Origin: an uncultured Candidatus Peribacteria bacterium
GTDB taxonomy: Bacteria; Patescibacteriota; Gracilibacteria; UBA1369; UM-FILTER-53-11
Direction of reading: 5' to 3'
DNA length: 48,044 nucleotides
Assembly: GCA_964354865.1 (NCBI GenBank)
Contig: CAYHBN010000002.1
Coordinates: 1 to 48,044 of the forward strand
The position numbers and the translations under genes were made by a program. Of the stretch, positions 42,104-48,044 are shown in pieces (positions within the stretch are counted from its first letter, which is position 1; the number at the start of each line of letters is the position of its first letter). The notes beneath the pieces are model-generated. The model worked only from the letters and a program-made list of their open reading frames with translations, ran no database searches and was not told the origin of the DNA.

Positions 42104-43435
42104 GTGCTCGAATTACTCAAAAATCCACACACCCCTTCACACAAACAAGCAGTCGGTTTTTTAATTTTCGCGTTCACCATTGCGGGCGCACTTGCAATTT
42201 GGGAGCTGTTCATCAATTTTGGAACGCTCGTTCTTGTGTCCGACAGAGCAATGACTGCTACCGTAAATGGAGAAGTTATTACCTGCGAAATGCCACCGTG
42301 TACAACAAAACTCAAACCACGTGACTATGCAGTAACATTTTCTCGAAGTGGATATTTTGATGACACGCAAAAAGTAACAGTGAAGCGGTTTACAGAAAAT
42401 CCACTCACCGCGCACTTCTCAGTTATTCCCACAATAAAAAAATATACCGAACATACCATTCCGACGAGTTTCCCGCTCACGAGTATTTTGACGGCACCGA
42501 CAGAGCTACCAAATTTTCCAAAAACGGCAACGCGCGCAGTATTTAGCCCATCTGCACAGGCAGCACTGCTCACAATCGACAATAAATTAACATACTACTC
42601 GGCAAAAACAGGGGTAACTTCGCAGCTTACCATTTCGCCACAAACGCCATATGCGTGGGCCGAAGGCTTACTTGCGGGGCCCCACGCCAGTGGGGAAGCG
42701 TGGGTCGGAGGGTCAGTTATATTTATGGGCCTCGACGAGACAAAAACACAGACGATCTATCGCTACGGCGTTGAAGCAGATACACCGCTGGTTCGATTTG
42801 AACGCTCGCTTGTAAATCCTAAAATTGCCGCAGACTTGTCGGGGAATTTCTTAATTGTAAGTGACCTCGATACCGAACATGTACACTACCTGGTCGACAT
42901 TAAAAATCTATCGAAAAAAAGAATTCAACTCAATACAACAGCGGAGTTAGCGGGATTTGCAGACGGCTATGCACTCTTCACAGAAAAAACAGCACTTAAC
43001 GAGTCTAGATTCAATGCGGTGCCGCTGGCAAGTGATAGCCTGGGCGCGGCACAACCAACGATTGTGTTGCCAAAAGCAACCGGCGAAGTAGCCGCACGCA
43101 GTGACGAAACACATTTAGTGTATCTCACGAGCGAAAAAACCGACATGAGTGGCGATGCATCGCAGACTTCTATAGAAGATGTCATTGCTCAGATTTCTGA
43201 AATTTCTAGCGTAGATGGCGATGCGAGCGATGCGTCGACAACTGATATTTTAGAAAACATCAACCGCGAAACACGATATACGCTCTACCTGACCGAACTT
43301 GACCTTGCTACACAAAAGACAAAAACACTTCTCGCCATTCCGTTGTCTGAAAGTCAGAAAATTTCAGACATGGCGACTATCGACAACAAAGTACTCTTGA
43401 GAATCGGAAAAGAAATTTTCGAAATCGTAAAATAA
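42104..43435 (+). CDS. Membrane-anchored PEGA-domain protein with a beta-rich extracellular domain
   Basis: GTG start. N-terminal TM helix. VNGEVI...TTKLKPRDYAVTFSRSGYFDDTQKVTV resembles a PEGA domain. Confidence 0.55.
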   Translation: MLELLKNPHTPSHKQAVGFLIFAFTIAGALAIWELFINFGTLVLVSDRAMTATVNGEVITCEMPPCTTKLKPRDYAVTFSRSGYFDDTQKVTVKRFTENPLTAHFSVIPTIKKYTEHTIPTSFPLTSILTAPTELPNFPKTATRAVFSPSAQAALLTIDNKLTYYSAKTGVTSQLTISPQTPYAWAEGLLAGPHASGEAWVGGSVIFMGLDETKTQTIYRYGVEADTPLVRFERSLVNPKIAADLSGNFLIVSDLDTEHVHYLVDIKNLSKKRIQLNTTAELAGFADGYALFTEKTALNESRFNAVPLASDSLGAAQPTIVLPKATGEVAARSDETHLVYLTSEKTDMSGDASQTSIEDVIAQISEISSVDGDASDASTTDILENINRETRYTLYLTELDLATQKTKTLLAIPLSESQKISDMATIDNKVLLRIGKEIFEIVK

Positions 43436-43514
43436 GATCAAAAAAAGCAAAAGTTTAGAAATATTTCAGGATTCGTTCACGGTTTGTTCATGAGCGTGTG
43501 ATACAACGCCGGGC

Positions 43515-45062
43515 ATGACATCTAAAGTATATTCAGCAACAATCTGCGGCCTCGATGCCGAGCGAATTGAAGTAGAGTGCGACATGCATACGGGGCTCCC
43601 TGCTTTCACGATCGTGGGGCTCGGCGATACCTCGGTGCAAGAATCAAAAGAGCGCATAAAAGCAGCCATAAAAAATAGCGGTTGTACGTACCCCCAAAAT
43701 AAAAAAATCGTAAATTTGGCACCGGCCGATATTCGAAAACATGGCCCGCTTTTCGACCTGCCGATCGCACTCAGTATTTTAGTGCGCAGCGAACAAATTC
43801 CTAAAGAGGCGCTCGCGAAAACACTTGTGGTGGGGGAGCTCGCCCTCGATGGCAGTGTGCGGCGAATTTCGGGCGCACTCGCGATGAGCGAGTGCGCCCT
43901 TCGTAGTGGCTGTACACGGATTATTGTGCCAAAAGAAAACGCAGTTGAGGCGAGTTTAATTACGGGTATTGAGTGCATTGGTGTTTCACATTTATTTGAA
44001 GTAGTAGGAATTTTAAAAGGAGAGATTGAGGCGGCACCAACTAAAAACAATACAATCGAACACACAAGACAAGGAGCATCGGCATTTCAAGCAATGCTCG
44101 ACGACCTCGATGGAAACGAGGTGATAAAACGGGCGACGATAATCGCCGCGGCGGGGTTTCATCACATTCTTTTTCACGGAGCTCCCGGGGCAGGAAAATC
44201 GACACTCGCACGAACACTCGCCACGCTCATGCCCCGACTGAACGAACTACAAGCACTCGAGACGACTAAAATATATTCAATCGCAGGATTACTAAACGAA
44301 TCGACATCGCTCATCGATGTACCACCATTTAGAAGTATTCACCAAACAACGCCGCTCACTGCATTAATCGGTGGTGGCACCTATGCAAAACCAGGCGAAA
44401 TTTCGCTCGCACACAACGGTATTTTATTTGCCGACGAGTTACTTGAATTCCCACAAACAACACTCGATGCGCTTCGCCAACCGCTTGAGTCGGGAGTTAT
44501 CACGGTCAGTCGACTCACGGGTGGCGTCGACTACCCTGCACGATTTATGTTCGTAGGAGCGACAAATCCGTGCCCCTGTGGATTTTATGGCGACGAGGAA
44601 AAACGATGTACGTGTCTGCCGAGTCAACGACAACGATATTTGAAAAAACTCTCAGGCCCACTGCTCGACCGAATCGACTGCATTGTAAATGTTCCTCGTC
44701 GCCCTATTGGCGATTCATTTTCAACACATGCCAAAGAGAGAAAAAAATCTGCAACAGAAACTATTATTGCTCTTAAACAGATTGTCATTGCGCGCAGTAT
44801 GCAAGCGCGCCGCGGCACACTCAACGGGTATCTGACACGCGCACAAGTAGATGAGTTTTGTGCTCTCACCGATGGCGCGCAAAGAATCCTCAAAGATTAT
44901 TTTAAAAATGACCTTCACTCAGGTCGCTCACTCACCCGTACACTCAAGCTCGCACGCACTATCGCTGACATAGACGAACGCGACGAGATTATTGAATGCG
45001 ATGTGTATGAGGCCCTCGATTTGAGCACCGAACGCACGCTCCTCAGGGACTCGTATTCATGA
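43515..45062 (+). CDS. comM: Mg-chelatase-like AAA+ protein ComM/YifB
   Basis: N-terminal Lon-like domain, Walker A GAPGAGKST, Walker B GILFADEL, a CPCG...C zinc motif, and a C-terminal ChlI-like domain. Confidence 0.9.
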   Translation: MTSKVYSATICGLDAERIEVECDMHTGLPAFTIVGLGDTSVQESKERIKAAIKNSGCTYPQNKKIVNLAPADIRKHGPLFDLPIALSILVRSEQIPKEALAKTLVVGELALDGSVRRISGALAMSECALRSGCTRIIVPKENAVEASLITGIECIGVSHLFEVVGILKGEIEAAPTKNNTIEHTRQGASAFQAMLDDLDGNEVIKRATIIAAAGFHHILFHGAPGAGKSTLARTLATLMPRLNELQALETTKIYSIAGLLNESTSLIDVPPFRSIHQTTPLTALIGGGTYAKPGEISLAHNGILFADELLEFPQTTLDALRQPLESGVITVSRLTGGVDYPARFMFVGATNPCPCGFYGDEEKRCTCLPSQRQRYLKKLSGPLLDRIDCIVNVPRRPIGDSFSTHAKERKKSATETIIALKQIVIARSMQARRGTLNGYLTRAQVDEFCALTDGAQRILKDYFKNDLHSGRSLTRTLKLARTIADIDERDEIIECDVYEALDLSTERTLLRDSYS

Positions 45063-45090
45063 TAAAATAGATGTAACTTAATAAAATTAT

Positions 45091-45579
45091 ATGGATCAAC
45101 TTCAGCCAACTCCGACAGACGCGCCTCAACAACCCATCGCCCCGCACATTTCTCCGAATATGAACGCCGATTTTAATCCTTCAAAAATTGTTGGACGAAA
45201 TGAACCAATGCCAAAGAGGAATACGAAACTTCTCGTTTCAGCAATCATTATTGCCGCAGTCCTCGCCCTTGGTGGCGGTGGATATTTTACCTATACAACC
45301 CTTAATGTGAATGCAGATGTGACCGCGGCAAGCGAAACTCCCGTTGTTGATAAAGGTACGTCTCCAGTACTTGGTTCTGAGTCTACGAGCACTAGTGAAG
45401 ATCCGCGAGGATCAAGCACCACAACCAATACCTCAATTACTGCCGAGACGCCCACACCTGTCGATACTGCTGCAATCACGTCACCGTCCCAAGCAACAGA
45501 CGAAATTAACCTCACCACTCCAACGGCAACCAGCGCTCCTGCAACCACCACAACGACTAGACGACGCAGGGCTCAGTAG
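45091..45579 (+). CDS. Single-pass membrane protein with a Ser/Thr-rich extracellular tail
   Basis: TM helix LLVSAIIIAAVLALGGGGYF followed by a low-complexity T/S/P-rich region ending TTTTRRRRAQ. Confidence 0.5.
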   Translation: MDQLQPTPTDAPQQPIAPHISPNMNADFNPSKIVGRNEPMPKRNTKLLVSAIIIAAVLALGGGGYFTYTTLNVNADVTAASETPVVDKGTSPVLGSESTSTSEDPRGSSTTTNTSITAETPTPVDTAAITSPSQATDEINLTTPTATSAPATTTTTRRRRAQ

Positions 45580-45669
45580 CCTACAAAAAGCTGTATATAT
45601 AAGAACGTGGCGACTTGAAAATTATGTCAGTATCCTATATAATTATTCTATATAACTTATATAGTTAAA

Positions 45670-45912
45670 ATGACTACCTCTACAAAAAAACAGGCTAATT
45701 TTTTTATCTCTACAATTACACTCAACGACCTTAAAGCTCATATTCCCTCACGCAAGCAAAGTGAGTTTGTAGAAGAAGCAATTCAAAAAGAACTTCAACA
45801 ACGTAAATTCTTCTCGGCACTTGAAACAAGTAGTGGTTCGTGGAAAAAAGAAGATCACCCTCTCCCCACGGATAGATTTATTCGTTCACTACGAGAAAGC
45901 AAACGATCATGA
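45670..45912 (+). CDS. vapB: VapB-like type II antitoxin
   Basis: 80-aa ORF whose stop overlaps the PIN toxin start by 4 nt (ATGA). Its position and size are typical of VapB. Confidence 0.6.
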   Translation: MTTSTKKQANFFISTITLNDLKAHIPSRKQSEFVEEAIQKELQQRKFFSALETSSGSWKKEDHPLPTDRFIRSLRESKRS

Positions 45913-46286
45913 AAACACTCATCCTGGACTCCGACGTACTCATTGACATTCTTCGCGGCAAACCAGAGACGATTAATCAAGTTCGTCTGCACGCACAAGA
46001 CGCGCTCCTTTATTGCTCCGTTATTTCTGTTGGTGAACTTTTTGCCGGCATGAGACCAAAAGAAAAAATCCAAACAGAAAAACTTCTCGACAGTCTGATT
46101 TCAATCCCCGTAACAAAATCTGTCGCAAAACAGGCTGGTGATCTTAAAAACAGCACAAAAAGTCATACCCTATGGCTCGACGATTGTTTAATTGCTGCAA
46201 GTGCACTCGAAAACAGCCTCACACTCCTAACAAAAAACATAAAACACTACCCTTTTAAAAAGCTGAAGTTAATAAAAATCAGATAG
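45909..46286 (+). CDS. vapC: PIN-domain ribonuclease toxin VapC
   Basis: N-terminal LILDSDVLID (first acidic residue), SVISVGEL and DCLIAASA, giving the PIN acidic-residue pattern. Confidence 0.8.
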   Translation: MKTLILDSDVLIDILRGKPETINQVRLHAQDALLYCSVISVGELFAGMRPKEKIQTEKLLDSLISIPVTKSVAKQAGDLKNSTKSHTLWLDDCLIAASALENSLTLLTKNIKHYPFKKLKLIKIR

Positions 46287-46365
46287 AAGGGCTTATGGAA
46301 GATACAATAAAGACAAAACCACGCGTTGCGCTCTTTGACGTGGGCAGCTATACTGCGCGGCAAGA

Positions 46366-48044
46366 ATGAAACTACCTAAGAAAGTTCTCGTGCTCGGCTC
46401 TGGAGCACTCAAAATCGGTGAAGCGGGAGAATTCGATTACTCGGGTTCTCAGGCAATTAAGGCCCTCAAAGAAGAGGGAATTAAGACCGTTCTCATTAAT
46501 CCAAATATCGCTACTAATCAGACCTCTCGTGAACTCGCGGATGAGGTCTATTTTTTGCCTGTAAATCCGTACTTTGTTGAGAAAGTTATCGCAAAAGAAA
46601 AACCGGATAGCATTTTACTGAGCTTCGGTGGCCAAACGGCTTTAAACTGCGGATTAGAGCTTGAAAAAACGGGCATTTTAAAAAAATATAATGTGCGGGT
46701 TTTAGGAACTCCGGTACGTGCAATTCAGGCAACTGAAGATCGTGAATTATTTAAAAAGGAGTTAGATGCGGTGAACGTTCGCTACCCAAAGAGCACGGCC
46801 TGTCTTAACGAAGCAAGCGCTCGAAAGGCGGCACTGACTATTGGGTACCCCGTTATTGTGCGCGCAGGTTTTACACTGGGAGGAAAGGGTTCCGGCCTTG
46901 CCTACAGCGAAAAAGAGCTCAACGCGTTGATCGAAGTTGCATTCGCATTCTCACCACAAGTGTTAGTTGAAGAATGTTTGAAAGGATGGAAAGAAATTGA
47001 ATACGAGGTTGTGCGAGACCAGTTCGACAACTGTGTGACCGTCTGCAACATGGAGAACTTTGACCCGCTCGGTATTCACACGGGTGAAAGCATTGTTATC
47101 GCGCCTTCACAGACACTTTCAAACGAGGAGTATCACATGCTTCGCGAGATTTCGATTCGAACGATTCGTCACCTTGGCATTATTGGCGAGTGCAATATTC
47201 AGTATGCACTTGATCCGCTTTCGATGGAGTATCGCGTCATTGAGGTAAATGCACGTCTATCGCGTTCGTCGGCACTTGCATCGAAGGCAACGGGCTACCC
47301 GCTCGCGTACATCGCGGCAAAGTTGTCACTGGGTTATCATCTTTCAGACATTAAAAATTCAATCACAAAAACGACCTCGGCATTTTTTGAGCCGGCTCTC
47401 GATTATGTTGCGCTCAAAATTCCTCGTTGGGATTTGGGAAAATTCAAAAAAGTTTCACAAGAAATTTCAACCGAAATGAAGTCGGTGGGTGAGATTATGG
47501 CACTCGGTCGCTCGTTCGAAGAGGTACTCCAAAAGGGATTACGAATGCTCCAAATTGGCCTTCATGGATTTGCGGCGAATGAGAAAGTTTCTTTTGATTT
47601 TGCAGACAGAAAAACGCTTGAACAAGCGATTCAGGTACCTACTCCAAAACGAATCGTGGCAGTTGCCACCGCACTTCGCGGCGGCATGACTCCGAAAGAA
47701 ATCAACAAACTTTCAGGTATCGACGAGTGGTTCTTAATGAAGCTCAATAATATTATTGAAATGGAGAAAAAGCTCTCAAAACTTTCTCTCGCTAAGGTTC
47801 CCTCAGACACATTACTTCAAGCAAAGAAATTTGGATTCTCAGACAAACAAATTGCAACACTGACAAAATCGAAAGAGTCTGATGTTCGCGCGGCACGAAA
47901 GAAAAATAAGGTACTACCAGTGGTAAAACAAATCGACACGCTCGCGGCGGAGTATCCTGCAAGCACGAACTATTTGTATGTTACCTACCACGGCACGAAG
48001 AGTGATGTACAGGCAAAAACCCCAGCACCTAAAGGAAAATCGAA
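46366..48044 (+). CDS. carB: Carbamoyl-phosphate synthase large subunit (5' part; runs off the window end)
   Basis: My translation from ATG 46366 is MKLPKKVLVLGSGALKIGEAGEFDYSGSQAIKALKEEGIKTVLINPNIATNQTS..., the canonical CarB N-terminus. The frame stays open to the window end. Confidence 0.9.
   Translation, partial: MKLPKKVLVLGSGALKIGEAGEFDYSGSQAIKALKEEGIKTVLINPNIATNQTSRELADEVYFLPVNPYFVEKVIAKEKPDSILLSFGGQTALNCGLELEKTGILKKYNVRVLGTPVRAIQATEDRELFKKELDAVNVRYPKSTACLNEASARKAALTIGYPVIVRAGFTLGGKGSGLAYSEKELNALIEVAFAFSPQVLVEECLKGWKEIEYEVVRDQFDNCVTVCNMENFDPLGIHTGESIVIAPSQTLSNEEYHMLREISIRTIRHLGIIGECNIQYALDPLSMEYRVIEVNARLSRSSALASKATGYPLAYIAAKLSLGYHLSDIKNSITKTTSAFFEPALDYVALKIPRWDLGKFKKVSQEISTEMKSVGEIMALGRSFEEVLQKGLRMLQIGLHGFAANEKVSFDFADRKTLEQAIQVPTPKRIVAVATALRGGMTPKEINKLSGIDEWFLMKLNNIIEMEKKLSKLSLAKVPSDTLLQAKKFGFSDKQIATLTKSKESDVRAARKKNKVLPVVKQIDTLAAEYPASTNYLYVTYHGTKSDVQAKTPAPKGKS

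Noticed and set aside
1-48044. CRISPR arrays, rRNA genes, integrases, prophage blocks and complete IS elements
   Set aside because: I scanned for regularly spaced direct repeats, rRNA-like conserved strings, tyrosine/serine recombinase motifs and DDE transposases, and found none. The purine-rich repeats are irregular in spacing and length and are not CRISPR-like.

Overview
This 48-kb window is moderately low in GC and gene-dense. Its content suggests a small-genome CPR/Patescibacteria-like bacterium: a T4SS-pilin-like protein, paired DUF881 genes, a PRC-barrel protein, an RRM protein, many small toxin-antitoxin pairs and almost no respiratory genes. That lineage assignment is inference, not a database result. 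I call about 60 CDS and 5 tRNAs (Glu-CUC, Lys-UUU, Tyr-GUA, Thr-UGU, Pro-UGG).

Housekeeping genes recognised from motifs:
- dnaJ, gdh, yqeY-like, murB, csaA-like, ybeY, a SpoU methyltransferase, murI, guaA
- mscS, lysS, dnaB, an aminotransferase, yraN, comM, and carB (3' end cut by the window edge)

Most notable observations:
1. tRNA-Tyr is split by a 204-nt group-I-like intron inside the anticodon. An HTH-LAGLIDADG-like ORF sits between tRNA-Thr and tRNA-Tyr.
2. Positions 28.7-39.1 kb form an accessory stretch, almost entirely on the minus strand. It carries a TauD-like gene, an orphan IS1-InsA-like gene, a class-I Fic toxin-antitoxin pair, an HTH-Panacea antitoxin plus RelE-like toxin plus GNAT, three unknown genes, and a GIY-YIG mini-protein.
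3. The same stretch holds a tandemly duplicated three-gene cassette of unknown function: a DUF5678-like small protein, a retropepsin-like aspartyl protease and a 68-aa acidic protein. Its upstream non-coding DNA is more conserved than its coding sequence. A decayed SemiSWEET fragment marks a rearrangement.
4. A three-gene mini NQR/RNF-like flavin module is present: an FMN_bind protein, ApbE, and an RnfD-like membrane domain fused to an FNR-like reductase.
5. Two ORF-poor, heavily base-paired intergenic regions (14.5-15.1 kb and 32.5-32.9 kb) are candidate ncRNAs.
6. Many genes have a consensus -10 box 6-9 nt upstream of the ATG, which fits leaderless expression.
7. A purine-rich GAGArTTAGrGA repeat family recurs in intergenic DNA.

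No CRISPR array, rRNA, complete IS element or prophage was seen. All calls come from reading the sequence and ORF translations by eye. No searches were run.
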